The translations under genes were made by a program, and so were the position numbers. Of a stretch of DNA of 64,000 bases, positions 25,690-36,284 are shown in pieces; position 1 is the first letter of the stretch, and each line of letters opens with the position of its first letter. The notes beneath the pieces were generated by a model, which saw nothing but the letters and a program-made list of their open reading frames with translations, was not told the DNA's origin and searched no databases. The stretch spans positions 9,501-73,500 of the forward strand of contig JBAZJY010000002.1 in the NCBI GenBank assembly GCA_041651115.1, read 5' to 3'. The stretch is from Candidatus Omnitrophota bacterium (lineage in GTDB: Bacteria > Omnitrophota > Gorgyraeia > Gygaellales > Profunditerraquicolaceae).

Positions 25690-27529
25690 GCCTGATCTTA
25701 TCGGCGATCCCGGATCCGGTTAACCCGCATTTATCCAAAAGCATCGCCCTTTTGCCGCAAGGCACGAATTCATCATCAACGCCGATCCGGAAAACCTGCT
25801 GGCTTAAAAGTTCATTTATTGCCGATCCCAGGCCGCCGTCTTTGATCCCGTCTTCAACGGTAAAAATACGCTTTGTTTTTTTTGCAATTTCTTCAAAAAG
25901 CCGGCTGTCCAAAGGCTTTGCAAAACGGGCATTAATTAAAGATCCTGACAGGCCTTCTTTCTCAAGCAGGTCAATTGCCTCCTGCGCAACCATAACCATG
26001 CTGCCTAATGCAACCAGGGTAAAATCTTTTCCTTCTTTCAAAACTTCCGCTTTACCCAGTTCAAGTTTAGCCATCGGCCATTTGGCATCCGGCACATTGT
26101 CTTTGGGATAACGTATTGCCACCGGCTTATCCGAATTAACCGCGAATTCAAGCATTGCCTCCAGCTCCGCGCCATCTTTAGGCGCCATGACAACCACGCC
26201 GGGAATGCTGCGTAAATAAGCAATATCAAAAACGCCCTGGTGCGTGGGCCCGTCATCGCCGACAATGCCGCTGCGGTCAATGACAAAGATCACGCCCAGG
26301 TCCTGAAGCGCCACGGCTTCCATGATTTGATCATAGGCCCTTTGCAAGAACGTAGAGTAGATTGCCACTACCGGCTTAAGGCCTTTTTTGGCAAGGCCGG
26401 CGGCAAAACATACGGCATGGGCTTCGGCTATACCGACGTCAAAAAACCTCTGCGGATATAAATCCCGGAATTTATCCAATCCTGTGCCTTCAGGCATTGC
26501 CGCGGTTATGGCGACGATATTTTTATTTTCGGCTGCCAACTCAACGATCTTCCTGCCGAAGACCTGCGTATAGGTCGGGCTTGCCGGATCGGATTTTTTC
26601 AGTGCCTCGCCGGTTTTTATGTCAAAGGCCGGCGCGCTGTGGAACCTGACCGGATCGCCCTCTGCCGGTCCGTAACCTTTGCCTTTTTTTGTGACAACAT
26701 GCAATAGTAGCGGGCCTTTAATGGTAAGGATATTTTTCAGCGTCGGAATCAGCAGATTTAAATTATGCCCGTCCAGCGGCCCGAAATACCTAAAACCCAA
26801 TTCTTCAAAGAGCATGCCGGGAATAAATAAGCCCTTAAGGCCCTCCTCAAATTTATTGGCGAGTTTTACCAAACGGCTGCCTCTGGGAACGCGGGATTTC
26901 AGGAAGGTTTCCAGGGATTGCCGGAAACGGTTATAAACCGGCATGGAAATAAGCTTATTAAGGTAAATGCTCAAGGCCCCGGAATTAGGAGAAATGCTCA
27001 ATTCATTAGTGTTAAGCACGACCAAAATATCTTTCTTTAAATGGCCGGCATTGTTCAAACCCTCAAAACACAGGCCGCCGCTGATAGACCCGTCACCGAT
27101 CACGGCAATTGCCCGAAAATAATCTTCTTTGGCAAGGCACTCGCGGGAACAGGCAAGGCCCAAAGCCAAAGAAACCGCCGTAGAACTGTGCCCGGTAGTG
27201 AAAACATCGTATTCTGATTCATTCTTAGAAGGAAAACCGCTTAAGCCGCCGTATTTGCGGATACAGGAAAAATCCTTATTTCTTCCGGTGAGGATCTTAT
27301 GCGCGTACGTTTGATGGCCTACGTCCCAGACAATTTTATCCTTGGGAGTGTCCAGACAATAATGCAGGGCAATTGCCAGCTCAACCGCGCCGAGGCTGGA
27401 AGCAAGGTGGCCGCCGCTTTGCGCAACTACCTCGATCATCCGCTGCCTGATCTCTGAAGCCAGCAGGGGCAACTGCTCAATGCTAAGCTTCCTTAAATCT
27501 TTAGGCGAGTTAACCGATTCTAATAGCAT
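25667..27529 (-). CDS. dxs: 1-deoxy-D-xylulose-5-phosphate synthase
   Basis: GHLASSLGAVEL, DVGHQTYAHKILTGR and GDG TPP motifs. Confidence 0.9.
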   Translation of the reverse strand: MLLESVNSPKDLRKLSIEQLPLLASEIRQRMIEVVAQSGGHLASSLGAVELAIALHYCLDTPKDKIVWDVGHQTYAHKILTGRNKDFSCIRKYGGLSGFPSKNESEYDVFTTGHSSTAVSLALGLACSRECLAKEDYFRAIAVIGDGSISGGLCFEGLNNAGHLKKDILVVLNTNELSISPNSGALSIYLNKLISMPVYNRFRQSLETFLKSRVPRGSRLVKLANKFEEGLKGLFIPGMLFEELGFRYFGPLDGHNLNLLIPTLKNILTIKGPLLLHVVTKKGKGYGPAEGDPVRFHSAPAFDIKTGEALKKSDPASPTYTQVFGRKIVELAAENKNIVAITAAMPEGTGLDKFRDLYPQRFFDVGIAEAHAVCFAAGLAKKGLKPVVAIYSTFLQRAYDQIMEAVALQDLGVIFVIDRSGIVGDDGPTHQGVFDIAYLRSIPGVVVMAPKDGAELEAMLEFAVNSDKPVAIRYPKDNVPDAKWPMAKLELGKAEVLKEGKDFTLVALGSMVMVAQEAIDLLEKEGLSGSLINARFAKPLDSRLFEEIAKKTKRIFTVEDGIKDGGLGSAINELLSQQVFRIGVDDEFVPCGKRAMLLDKCGLTGSGIADKIRLAISGKA

Positions 27530-27532
27530 TTT

Positions 27533-27772
27533 TTATTTTTCTTCCGCTCCGGAATCATCAAACTTTTCCAGCGCATACTTCCCGTCTTTTTTCATCAACA
27601 GCTCAACCTTGCGCTGGGCATCGGAGAGCATTTCAGAACAGCCCTGCGCCAGCTTTACCCCTTCTTCATATTTTTTCAGCGATTCTCCGAGGGTAAGCTT
27701 GCCGGCGGCCAATTCTTCCACGATCTTCTGCAGCCGCTTAAAATCATCTTCAAACGTCTGTTTTTCTTTCAT
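27533..27772 (-). CDS. xseB: Exodeoxyribonuclease VII small subunit
   Basis: 79 aa helical protein with FEDDFKRLQKIVEELAAGKLTLGESLKKYEEG. Confidence 0.8.
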   Translation of the reverse strand: MKEKQTFEDDFKRLQKIVEELAAGKLTLGESLKKYEEGVKLAQGCSEMLSDAQRKVELLMKKDGKYALEKFDDSGAEEK

Positions 27773-29018
27773 CCTTAATTACCTCCTGAACAGAGCTCAA
27801 GAAACTACCCTTACTCAATACGGTCTTTACGACATCCCCGGCTTTGAGCCCCGAGACATCCTTAACAATCGCCCCTTGCGGCATAAGCATACTTAAACTG
27901 TAGCCCCGCGATAATATTGAAAGCGGGCTAAGCGCGTCCAGCCTCTGTATTAAATTGCCTGTTTTCTGCTTGCAGATCTCCAGATAATGTTTCATATTTA
28001 AAAACAGGCCGCTGTTGACTTCATCCAAAAGCTGTTGTTTTTCCATCAGGCGGTCCTGCGGGCTTTTGAGCATCTGCCGCAGATGCATCAGCCCGGCATT
28101 TAAACTATGGATCGCCTCAATAACAGACGATCTTATTTCGTAGCGGCAATTATCCAATTCGGATAACAAGGAATTCTTTTTATCTACAATGAGCTTGGCC
28201 GCGGCAGAAGGAGTTTCTACGAACACGTCGGCTACTAAGTCAGAAAGCGTAATATTTATCTGGTGTCCTACCGCGGAAATCACCGGTATTTTTGAATTAT
28301 ATATTGCCCGGGCAACAACCTCTTCGTTAAACGACCAGAGGTCTTCTACGCTGCCGCCTCCGCGGCAAACAATGACCGCGCTGACCTGTTTGAACCGGTT
28401 AAAATCATCTACGGCAGCGGCAATTTCCTCTGCTGCCTGTTCTCCCTGCACCCTTACCGAACGGATAACTACGTCCACGCAAGGCGCGCCTTTTTTGAGT
28501 ATCTGCAATATGTCCCTTACCGCCGCTCCGACGCTGGAAGTAACTATGCCGACGCAGAAAGGCATCAGCGGAAGGGGCCTTTTATGCTCCGGGCTGAACA
28601 AGCCCTCTTTAAATAATTTGTTCTTTAACTGTTCAAAAGCAAGCTGCTGGGCGCCTATGCCCTTGGGCTCGATCTTCTCAACGATGATTTGATATTGGCC
28701 GCGCGGGCCGTAAACTTCGATCCTGCCGAAACAAATCACCTTAAGGCCGTCTTCAACCTTGAATTTCACATCCCGGTTTGCCCGGGCGAACATTGCAGCC
28801 GCGATCACCGTGGTTTCGTCTTTTAAAGTAAAATAAAAATGCCCGGAAGTCGCCGCCTTAAAATTAGAGATCTCGCCTTCCAGCCAAATCTCGCCGAAAG
28901 TGTTTTCCAGGATCAGTTTTATATCCCGGGTTATTTCGGATATTGTGTAAACGTGCCGGGTTTGTTCCTTGCCCGGCAAGGCCGCAAACAGATCGCTATT
29001 CTCGCTTGTCATCTGCAA
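27750..29018 (-). CDS. xseA: Exodeoxyribonuclease VII large subunit
   Basis: OB-fold N-terminus, IWLEGEISNFKAATSGHFYFTLKD. Confidence 0.85.
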   Translation of the reverse strand: MQMTSENSDLFAALPGKEQTRHVYTISEITRDIKLILENTFGEIWLEGEISNFKAATSGHFYFTLKDETTVIAAAMFARANRDVKFKVEDGLKVICFGRIEVYGPRGQYQIIVEKIEPKGIGAQQLAFEQLKNKLFKEGLFSPEHKRPLPLMPFCVGIVTSSVGAAVRDILQILKKGAPCVDVVIRSVRVQGEQAAEEIAAAVDDFNRFKQVSAVIVCRGGGSVEDLWSFNEEVVARAIYNSKIPVISAVGHQINITLSDLVADVFVETPSAAAKLIVDKKNSLLSELDNCRYEIRSSVIEAIHSLNAGLMHLRQMLKSPQDRLMEKQQLLDEVNSGLFLNMKHYLEICKQKTGNLIQRLDALSPLSILSRGYSLSMLMPQGAIVKDVSGLKAGDVVKTVLSKGSFLSSVQEVIKDERKTDV

Positions 29019-30750
29019 CCTGCTCTTCCGGAGGATTTTCCGCCGGCTTCTTTTTCAAAATTATCATTTGCGCCGAGTAAGCAGGAAGCGTCAATGCCTC
29101 CTGATACAAGGCTGATCCTTTAATTTCTTTTTCTTCCAGCGCCGCGAACTTGCAATTAAAACTGCAGTCCGGGTCCACCACGAACCTCTGATAGACATAA
29201 TCTTCTTTTAAATTCTTAATGGCAAGTTTTATTGCCCGGCCGGCTGACTTGGCTGCCTTTGCCTTATCATTGAGTTCCTGCGCTTTCTTTAACATAGTCT
29301 TGAGTTTTCCCGTGGCCGGCCTGAGGGTTGAGACATCAATCTCCCGGGAAAATATCTTTTCAATCTTTTCCGTCCTAGCCAGACCAAGCAGCGTTCTCCT
29401 TTCGGAGTCATTGAGCGAAGCGATCTTGCGCGAGAGATAATTGCGGCCGATATACGGATCAATATAATTATAGAGTAATAGCGCTACATAACCATCCTCT
29501 TTTGTGGCGATCATGCCGCAGAAATCATCATTAGTTTTCGGCTGAACGAACATATTCTTTCCCAAGCCGGACATCATCCTGAAGACATTATATGTTGACT
29601 TCGGGCTGCCTTTGTATTCCGAGGCCTCAGAGTCAAACCAAAACACGCCGGTATTCCTTACCACGTTTTCTTTGTTGCTCTGGAAATCTTCGAGGCAGAA
29701 ATAAAGCTGCAGGTCAAGGCCTGCCTCATACATGTTCTTCAAGCGCGCGGGGATAAAACTGGCTGCGACATTAGCAAACTCTCCCCTTGCAGGAAGAAGG
29801 TTGGCGCCGCTGTCGTAATTCCATTCATCAATAATAAGCGGCGTGTCTCTTTGGAAATGGAAATAACTTAACCAGTCCCTGACCAGCGCAACCGAAGTCT
29901 TATTATAACGGGTAACCTCAAATTCCACCTTGGGATCTGTTGAATAAGCATGCCAGCTGATAAAATCCAGCGGCAGGCGGCTGCGGTAGCAATACCTGAT
30001 CAGATCATAGATGAGGCTTTTTTCCGGCGTGATAATACTGTTTGAGTCGCAGTTTTGAAACCACCAGCTTACGCCCGGGCCGCCCACAGGTATATTGATC
30101 TTTGTTTCTGCCTCAAGCTCAACTATGCTTTCGGCAACCGCGCGATAGATCGCAAGATATTCCTGTTTCCTGCCTAAAAAGAAATCATCCAGATCAGGAG
30201 CACTCCAGACTTCATACCAAATATTATACTTCTTGTTGCAGCTAAGCTCCCGGATATACCCTTTTATCAACTCTTTAAATGCCCTTAGGTCAAGGGGCGG
30301 GCTTTTTTTATCTAATGCCTTGCCTAAGCCCGCAGGCGTGCCGAATATATCAAGGATCACGACCCCTCCGGCATCATTGATCCTTTTAATAATACTTTCG
30401 TAGTTGGCCAGCAGGCTGTCCTGCTGCGACTTGTCTTTGGCGCTTGCATTTATTTCCCAAAGGTTATATTGCAGCCGATACATCCCCGTAAAACCAATGT
30501 CTTTTCCCCAGGTATCCAGTACTTCCGGCGCAGCCATGCCTTGAGGCCAACTGGCCGCGTAATGCTGTCCGCGTCCGCTTAGGTCAATGTTGGGCCGGAA
30601 GATCTTCGGCAGGCTGATAGTCGGAGAATTAACGTCTAAGGTAAATTCAAGTTCATTGCTTTCTTGGGCGAAGACAACCGATGTCAAGCACCAAATTACA
30701 AGCGCCAAATTACAAATCAAATTGGACTTTGGGATTTGTGATTTATTCAT
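28996..30750 (-). CDS. Secreted TIM-barrel glycoside hydrolase (GH5/GH39-like), with signal peptide
   Basis: N-terminal signal peptide. YEVWSAPD resembles the clan GH-A catalytic region. Confidence 0.4.
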   Translation of the reverse strand: MNKSQIPKSNLICNLALVIWCLTSVVFAQESNELEFTLDVNSPTISLPKIFRPNIDLSGRGQHYAASWPQGMAAPEVLDTWGKDIGFTGMYRLQYNLWEINASAKDKSQQDSLLANYESIIKRINDAGGVVILDIFGTPAGLGKALDKKSPPLDLRAFKELIKGYIRELSCNKKYNIWYEVWSAPDLDDFFLGRKQEYLAIYRAVAESIVELEAETKINIPVGGPGVSWWFQNCDSNSIITPEKSLIYDLIRYCYRSRLPLDFISWHAYSTDPKVEFEVTRYNKTSVALVRDWLSYFHFQRDTPLIIDEWNYDSGANLLPARGEFANVAASFIPARLKNMYEAGLDLQLYFCLEDFQSNKENVVRNTGVFWFDSEASEYKGSPKSTYNVFRMMSGLGKNMFVQPKTNDDFCGMIATKEDGYVALLLYNYIDPYIGRNYLSRKIASLNDSERRTLLGLARTEKIEKIFSREIDVSTLRPATGKLKTMLKKAQELNDKAKAAKSAGRAIKLAIKNLKEDYVYQRFVVDPDCSFNCKFAALEEKEIKGSALYQEALTLPAYSAQMIILKKKPAENPPEEQVADDKRE

Positions 30751-31528
30751 TGATTTTCTTCTGTATCCTTACAATTGACCTTGCTTTTCCGGTATTCTCG
30801 TCTATATCCAGAACTACGCCGTGCAATTGTATGTTTTCCTGCGCCACTTCAAACCTCACCGGCACGCTAGTCAAGAACCGCTGCAGCACATCCGCCACAT
30901 CCCTGCCGATCACGGAATCATACGGCCCGGTCATTCCGGCGTCTGTAATGTAGGCTGTGCCCTGAGGAAGGATTTTTTCATCCGCAGTCTGGATATGCGT
31001 ATGCGTGCCGAGGACCGCGGATACCTTGCCGTCAAGATACCAGCCGAGCGCGACCTTTTCAGAAGTAGCTTCGGCATGCATGTCCACAATAATCACTTTT
31101 GTTTCCCTGGACAATTCTTCCTGCGCTTTTAACGCGGCCTTAAACGGCGATTCCAAGGCCTCCATAAAAACCCTGCCCTGCACATTAACCACGCCCACCT
31201 TTGCGCCTGCCTCTGTCTTGAATATCTGGCTGCCGCATCCGGGAGCGCCTTCGGGAAAATTCGCCGGCCTTAAGATGCGCTTATCTTCTTTTATTATCTC
31301 AAAGATTTCGCTTTTTTTCCAGATATGATCACCCGAGGTAAGCACGGAAACTCCCGCGTCAAATAATTCATTGGCAACCCGGCTGGTAATCCCCGAGCCG
31401 CCGGCAGCGTTCTCCGCGTTGGCGATCACAAAATCAAGCTTAAACTCCTGCTTTAGCAAAGGCAGTAATTTTTTTACCGCCTCTCTTCCGGGATTGCCGA
31501 CTATGTCACCGATAAAAAGTATTTTCAT
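30743..31528 (-). CDS. ymdB: YmdB-family metallophosphoesterase (2',3'-cyclic nucleotide phosphodiesterase)
   Basis: [28 protein letters not shown] motifs. Downstream of rny, as in Bacillus. Confidence 0.75.
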   Translation of the reverse strand: MKILFIGDIVGNPGREAVKKLLPLLKQEFKLDFVIANAENAAGGSGITSRVANELFDAGVSVLTSGDHIWKKSEIFEIIKEDKRILRPANFPEGAPGCGSQIFKTEAGAKVGVVNVQGRVFMEALESPFKAALKAQEELSRETKVIIVDMHAEATSEKVALGWYLDGKVSAVLGTHTHIQTADEKILPQGTAYITDAGMTGPYDSVIGRDVADVLQRFLTSVPVRFEVAQENIQLHGVVLDIDENTGKARSIVRIQKKINE

Positions 31529-33078
31529 TTCGCATACTCAATCGCGCGGGTCTCCCGGATCACCGTTACTTTGATCTGACCGGGGTATTCCATACCCTCT
31601 TCGATCTTCTTGCGGATCTCCCGCGACAGGTTAACCGCGTCGGAATCGGAGATCTTATCCGGCTGCACGATCACGCGAATCTCGCGGCCTGCCTGTATGG
31701 CAAAAGATTTTTCCACGCCTTTAAAAACATTGGCAATGGATTCCAGCTTATCCAGACGCTTTATATACGTTTCAAGGGTTTCCCGCCTTGCTCCTGGACG
31801 GGCAGCGCTGATGGCGTCAGCGGCAACTGCCAGCACCGCGTAAAAACTCTTCAGTTCAGCTTCTTCATGGTGCGCTTCTATGGCAGCGACGACTTCCGTT
31901 GTTTCATTATATTTTCTTGCAAGCTCTGCGCCCAGTTTGGCGTGCGTGCCTTCTACCTGATGATCAACTGCTTTTCCGATATCATGCAGCAGGCCGATCC
32001 TGCGGCCGAGTTTGGCGTCTAATTTCAACTCGGAAGCCATTACGCCCAAAAGAAAAGAAACTTCTTTTGAATGCTGCAGCGCGTTCTGGCCAAAGCTGGT
32101 GCGGTATCTCAGCCTGCCTAATAATTTTATGATCTCAGGATGCAGTCCGTCAACTCCCGCGTCAAAGGCCGCGCGTTCCCCTTCCTCCTTGATCTTATCG
32201 TCCATCTCCTTCTTTGCCTTCTCAACCACTTCCTCAATCCTGCCCGGATGGATCCTGCCGTCAGAGATCAGCTTTTCAAGGCTTATGCGCGCGACTTCCC
32301 GGCGCACCGTATCAAAACAGGAAAGGCTGACTGCTTCAGGAGTATCGTCAATGATCACGTCCACTCCGGTAGCCATTTCAAAAGCGCGGATATTCCGGCC
32401 TTCTCTGCCGATCACGCGGCCTTTCATTTCATCGCTGGGCAGATTGACCACGCTTACCGTGGATTCAACCGTATGCTCCGCAGCGCAGCGCTGGATTGCC
32501 AGGCTTACGATCTCTCTTGCTTTTTTATCCGCGTTGCTGCGTAATTCCTCTTCCTGCTTTTTGATCACCACCGCCTTTTCCGCATTAAGCTCATCGCTCA
32601 GGCGGCTAAGAAGGATCTGCTTTGCTTCATCAGCGGAAAGCGAAGAGATTTTCTGCAGCCTTTCCTTCTCTTCGGCAATCAGCGAATTCAGCTGGGCGTC
32701 TTTAGCCTTTAAGCCGTCTTCCTGCTTTTGAATACCATGCTGTTTTGCGTCAATCTCTTTTTCCTTGCCTTCCAAAAGATTGAGCCTGCGGTCAATGTTT
32801 TCTTCTTTTTGCGTCAGCCGCTTCTCAAGATTGGTGATCTCCTGCCTGCGGTCCTGCGTCTGGCGCTCAAAATCCTGGCGCATCTTATAAAGCAGGTCCT
32901 TTGCCTCAAGCTCTGCTTCGCGGCGTAAGCCTTGAGCTTCTTTTTTTGCCTGTTCTAAAATATGCTGCGCCTTTGTTTCGGCGTCAGCGGTCTTTTTCTC
33001 CGCCACCTGTTTCCTTAATATATACCCGACGGCAAGAGACACCCCTCCAATGGCCAAAAATATAATTATATTCAGCAT
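31525..33078 (-). CDS. rny: Ribonuclease Y
   Basis: N-terminal TM helix, coiled-coil, KH domain, HD domain LLHDIGKA. Confidence 0.85.
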   Translation of the reverse strand: MLNIIIFLAIGGVSLAVGYILRKQVAEKKTADAETKAQHILEQAKKEAQGLRREAELEAKDLLYKMRQDFERQTQDRRQEITNLEKRLTQKEENIDRRLNLLEGKEKEIDAKQHGIQKQEDGLKAKDAQLNSLIAEEKERLQKISSLSADEAKQILLSRLSDELNAEKAVVIKKQEEELRSNADKKAREIVSLAIQRCAAEHTVESTVSVVNLPSDEMKGRVIGREGRNIRAFEMATGVDVIIDDTPEAVSLSCFDTVRREVARISLEKLISDGRIHPGRIEEVVEKAKKEMDDKIKEEGERAAFDAGVDGLHPEIIKLLGRLRYRTSFGQNALQHSKEVSFLLGVMASELKLDAKLGRRIGLLHDIGKAVDHQVEGTHAKLGAELARKYNETTEVVAAIEAHHEEAELKSFYAVLAVAADAISAARPGARRETLETYIKRLDKLESIANVFKGVEKSFAIQAGREIRVIVQPDKISDSDAVNLSREIRKKIEEGMEYPGQIKVTVIRETRAIEYAK

Positions 33079-33147
33079 CTCGCGATCAACCTCCTGTCTT
33101 AGATAATAACCGAACGTTTTTGTGGCGCGTTTTTTATTAAATGAGGA

Positions 33148-33720
33148 TCAGGCAAAGATAACTTTGTCTACTTCTTTATCTTCGCAGGTGGTGGGGATGG
33201 AAGGTAAGATTTGGAAATCAAATGCCAGGCCGATGGAAGCGCAGCGATAAGGTTTTAGTTTATGCAGAAACGTATCATAATAACCTTTACCGCGGCCCAA
33301 ACGGTTGCCTTTCTTGTCAAAAGCAATACCCGGCACGATCACAAGGTCTAAATCTTCTAATTTCACAAATTTTTTAACCGCGGGTTCGTATATTTCATAG
33401 AGTCCCCGGACGAGCTTAGCCTTCTCCCGAAGGATGCTCGGCCGCATTGCTCTTTTTTTACTGCACACGGGAACCGCGATCGTCTTACCTAACGTTATAG
33501 CTTTCTTTATCATCTCTCGAGTATCAACCTCGCCACCAAACGAGATAAAAAACATCACTACTTTTGCCTGCTTAAAAACTAAAGTCCTAAACAGCTTCTG
33601 CTTGATTAAACTGCTTTTTCTGTTTCGGTCTTCCTCCTTCTGCGTTTTTAGTCTTAAGAGAATTTTACTACGTATAAGCTGTTTTGTCAATCCTAGAAGA
33701 ACCGGATTATGCGCCTGCAT
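33148..33720 (-). CDS. 5-formyltetrahydrofolate cyclo-ligase
   Basis: VDLVIVPGIAFDKKGNRLGRGKGYYDTFL. Confidence 0.7.
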   Translation of the reverse strand: MQAHNPVLLGLTKQLIRSKILLRLKTQKEEDRNRKSSLIKQKLFRTLVFKQAKVVMFFISFGGEVDTREMIKKAITLGKTIAVPVCSKKRAMRPSILREKAKLVRGLYEIYEPAVKKFVKLEDLDLVIVPGIAFDKKGNRLGRGKGYYDTFLHKLKPYRCASIGLAFDFQILPSIPTTCEDKEVDKVIFA

Positions 33721-33723
33721 TTT

Positions 33724-34110
33724 TTAAACCTTTGCCTGTTTATTGCGGTAGTCTTCTATGGCTGCCCGCAGGGCCTCTTCGGCCAGGACCGAACAATGCA
33801 GCTTAACCGCCGGCAGGCCGCCTAAAGCGTCTGCCACGGATTTGTTGGAGATCTTCAGCGCTTCGTCAAGCGGCTTACCCTTTACCATTTCCGTAACCAT
33901 GGAACTGGTAGCAATTGCCGCTCCGCAGCCGTAGGTCTTGAATTTGGCGTCGGTAACTATGTTGTTCTCTACTTTTATAAACATCTTCATTACGTCCCCG
34001 CAAATAGGATTGCCCACGCTTCCTATACCGCTGGCATCCGGGATCTCCCCGACATTACGCGGGTTTAAAAAATGATCCATTACTTTGTCTGAATAAGGCT
34101 GTTCACTCAT
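33724..34110 (-). CDS. Fe-S cluster assembly scaffold (IscU/NifU N-terminal type)
   Basis: Conserved Cys in GNPICGD, YGCGAAIATSS and LHCSVL. Confidence 0.75.
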   Translation of the reverse strand: MSEQPYSDKVMDHFLNPRNVGEIPDASGIGSVGNPICGDVMKMFIKVENNIVTDAKFKTYGCGAAIATSSMVTEMVKGKPLDEALKISNKSVADALGGLPAVKLHCSVLAEEALRAAIEDYRNKQAKV

Positions 34111-34760
34111 TTGGCCATCAATATCTTGTGCGGCTTTCTTGATTTAGCGTGATCCTTGGGGCCTTTGATCTTCTTAAAGTCGTTCAGCCGGCCTTTCTTT
34201 TCCATTTCTTTATAAATCAATACCCATGCGCAGTCGCGTTCGCGGTCAACTTCACATTTACCCTTATCCATCCCGCCGCAAGGGCCGTTCAATAAAGATT
34301 TAGGACAGAGCGTAACCGGACAAATTCCTCCGGTTTCGTTCAAGACGCATTCCGCGCACATTGAGCATTTCTCAAGCAAATTTCCCTGGCTGTCCATTAA
34401 TGCTCCGCAGAGAGTGTTGCACCCGGCAATGACTGCCAAGCCAAGCCGGTCATTATCCTTAAGCGATTGCGCTCCTAAGCCGCAGGACATTACCAGGACT
34501 GCCTCTGTATCTTTCAGCGCCTTAATATTTTTTGCCAGTTCAGTTTTTATTTTAGCGGCAACGCAGCCGGATTGCGGAATTGCCCAGCCGACGACGGTTT
34601 TGCCGCTAGCCTCAAGGTCCTGCTTAATTTTGGCGATCTCTTTTTCTCCGCCTACGTTGCAGACCGTGGCGCATTCGCCGCAGCCGATCAAAAATATGCG
34701 CGTATAGGACTTAAGGTATTCCAGTATTTCGGAAAATGGTTTCTGTTCGGAGATAATCAT
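34107..34760 (-). CDS. Cys-rich protein resembling the methylenetetrahydrofolate reductase C-terminal domain (MetV-like)
   Basis: Multiple CxxC motifs and LLNGPCGG. Confidence 0.35.
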   Translation of the reverse strand: MIISEQKPFSEILEYLKSYTRIFLIGCGECATVCNVGGEKEIAKIKQDLEASGKTVVGWAIPQSGCVAAKIKTELAKNIKALKDTEAVLVMSCGLGAQSLKDNDRLGLAVIAGCNTLCGALMDSQGNLLEKCSMCAECVLNETGGICPVTLCPKSLLNGPCGGMDKGKCEVDRERDCAWVLIYKEMEKKGRLNDFKKIKGPKDHAKSRKPHKILMAK

Positions 34761-35956
34761 GGTTTTGGTTTTTCCAGCCTTTCCTTTATCTTTTTTTCAT
34801 GGCCCATGCCTGTGGGCTCGTAGTATTTGACTTTTTTACGCGTATGATAATCCTGCACCCGCTCATTTTCAATATCGGCGTAAGCAGCAGAGATTGCTTT
34901 ACACGAGGCATTTGATTTTACTGCGCAGGCAACATAAATCGTGGCTTGTGCCAAAGGTATCTTCGCTTCAGGCATACCCACGAATTCCGCCACGCTAAGC
35001 GCGGCATTTGCCAAGACCAACGCCAGTGGATCGGCATTGCCCACGTCTTCTGAAGCGCAAATACAGATCCTGCGGGCAATAAACCGCGGGTCTTCCCCGG
35101 CATAAAGCATCTTTGCCAGCCAATAAATAGCAGCGTCGGGATCAGAGCCGCGCATTGATTTTATGAACGCCGAGGCAGTATCATAATGCCCGTCTTCATC
35201 CCGGTCATAAACCACGGGTTTTTTCTGGATGGACTCAGAAGCCGCCTCCAGGGTAAAATTTATTGCGCCGTTTTTAGCAGCCGGGGTGGTCAAGATGCCT
35301 ACTTCAAGAGCAGTAAGCGCGCGTCGGGCATCGCCTTCCGAGGCCTTGGCTAAAAAAGCCAAAGCCTTCTTATCAACCTTAACCTTAATATTGCCTAAGC
35401 CGCGGACCGTATCCCCTAACGCTAATGTCAGTATACTTAAAATCTCTTCGCTGGTCAAAGATTTTAATTCCATGACCATTGAACGCGACAAAAGCGGCGG
35501 GGTAAGGTAAAAATACGGGTTATGGATAGTTGCGCCGATCAGGACCGGATTGCCGTCTTCAATATCCGGAAGCAAAACATCCTGCTGGGCTTTGTTAAAA
35601 CGGTGTATTTCGTCAATAAAAAGTATAGTCCGTTCTTGCGCGCTGGATTTTTTGTATTTGGCAGCGGCAATCACTTTGCGCAACTCTTCAACATTAGAAG
35701 TAGTCGCGTTTATGGCGATATAATTGGATTTTGTGATATGGGCGATACACCAGGCAAGAGAGGTTTTGCCGACTCCCGGGGGGCCGTAAAGAATAAGCGA
35801 ACTTAAACGGTCGGCCTCTATCGCTCTGCGGAGAAGTTTATCCTTGCCTAAGATATGGCTCTGTCCGATAAACTCATCTAAATTAGCCGGCCGCATGCGC
35901 ACTGCCAAGGGCTGGGCCTTGGGATCTATATTTTTTTTGCTTTCAAAGAAATCCAT
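34757..35956 (-). CDS. rarA: Replication-associated recombination protein A (AAA ATPase)
   Basis: Walker A GPPGVGKTSLA, FIDEIHRFNK and the MgsA C-terminal region. Confidence 0.85.
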   Translation of the reverse strand: MDFFESKKNIDPKAQPLAVRMRPANLDEFIGQSHILGKDKLLRRAIEADRLSSLILYGPPGVGKTSLAWCIAHITKSNYIAINATTSNVEELRKVIAAAKYKKSSAQERTILFIDEIHRFNKAQQDVLLPDIEDGNPVLIGATIHNPYFYLTPPLLSRSMVMELKSLTSEEILSILTLALGDTVRGLGNIKVKVDKKALAFLAKASEGDARRALTALEVGILTTPAAKNGAINFTLEAASESIQKKPVVYDRDEDGHYDTASAFIKSMRGSDPDAAIYWLAKMLYAGEDPRFIARRICICASEDVGNADPLALVLANAALSVAEFVGMPEAKIPLAQATIYVACAVKSNASCKAISAAYADIENERVQDYHTRKKVKYYEPTGMGHEKKIKERLEKPKP

Positions 35957-35968
35957 AGTATTCGGGGA

Positions 35969-36057
35969 TCCCCGACATTGCGAGACAACCGTCGGGGATT
36001 ATTTCGGCCATGCGACTTACGTCGCGCTTTGCGCTCCGTAAGCCGCGGCCTCAATAA
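35969..36057 (+). repeat. Two-hairpin intergenic repeat element, copy C
   Basis: TCCCCGAC..GTCGGGGA-TTATTTCGGCCATGCGACTTACG-loop-CGTAAGCCGCGGCCTCAATAAA. Homologous to 45977-46083 and 58396-58481. Confidence 0.6.
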
Positions 36058-36284
36058 AAAATCCCCGCACTGTGCCGTTGGCCTGATCAATTGAACCGAA
36101 CCGGTCCAAGTGGGTGCCCTACTTCGGCGCCAAAGCGCCGGAAGATGCGGGCTCCCTTGATATTAGTGTTGGTTCAATAATATTCAGGCTCCCAACGCGC
36201 ACGGCAGGGATATTTAAAAGAGCGTTTGTTCCTTACAGTCAAAGTATAGCACATCTTTAAAATAAATCAATCCTCGGGCCTGCC

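Noticed and set aside
35957-36284. Long intergenic region considered as SRP RNA, tmRNA or 6S RNA
   Set aside because: No GGAAGCAGCC-type SRP domain IV motif. No tRNA-like 3' end with a T-loop for tmRNA. Only the repeat-element copy could be identified.
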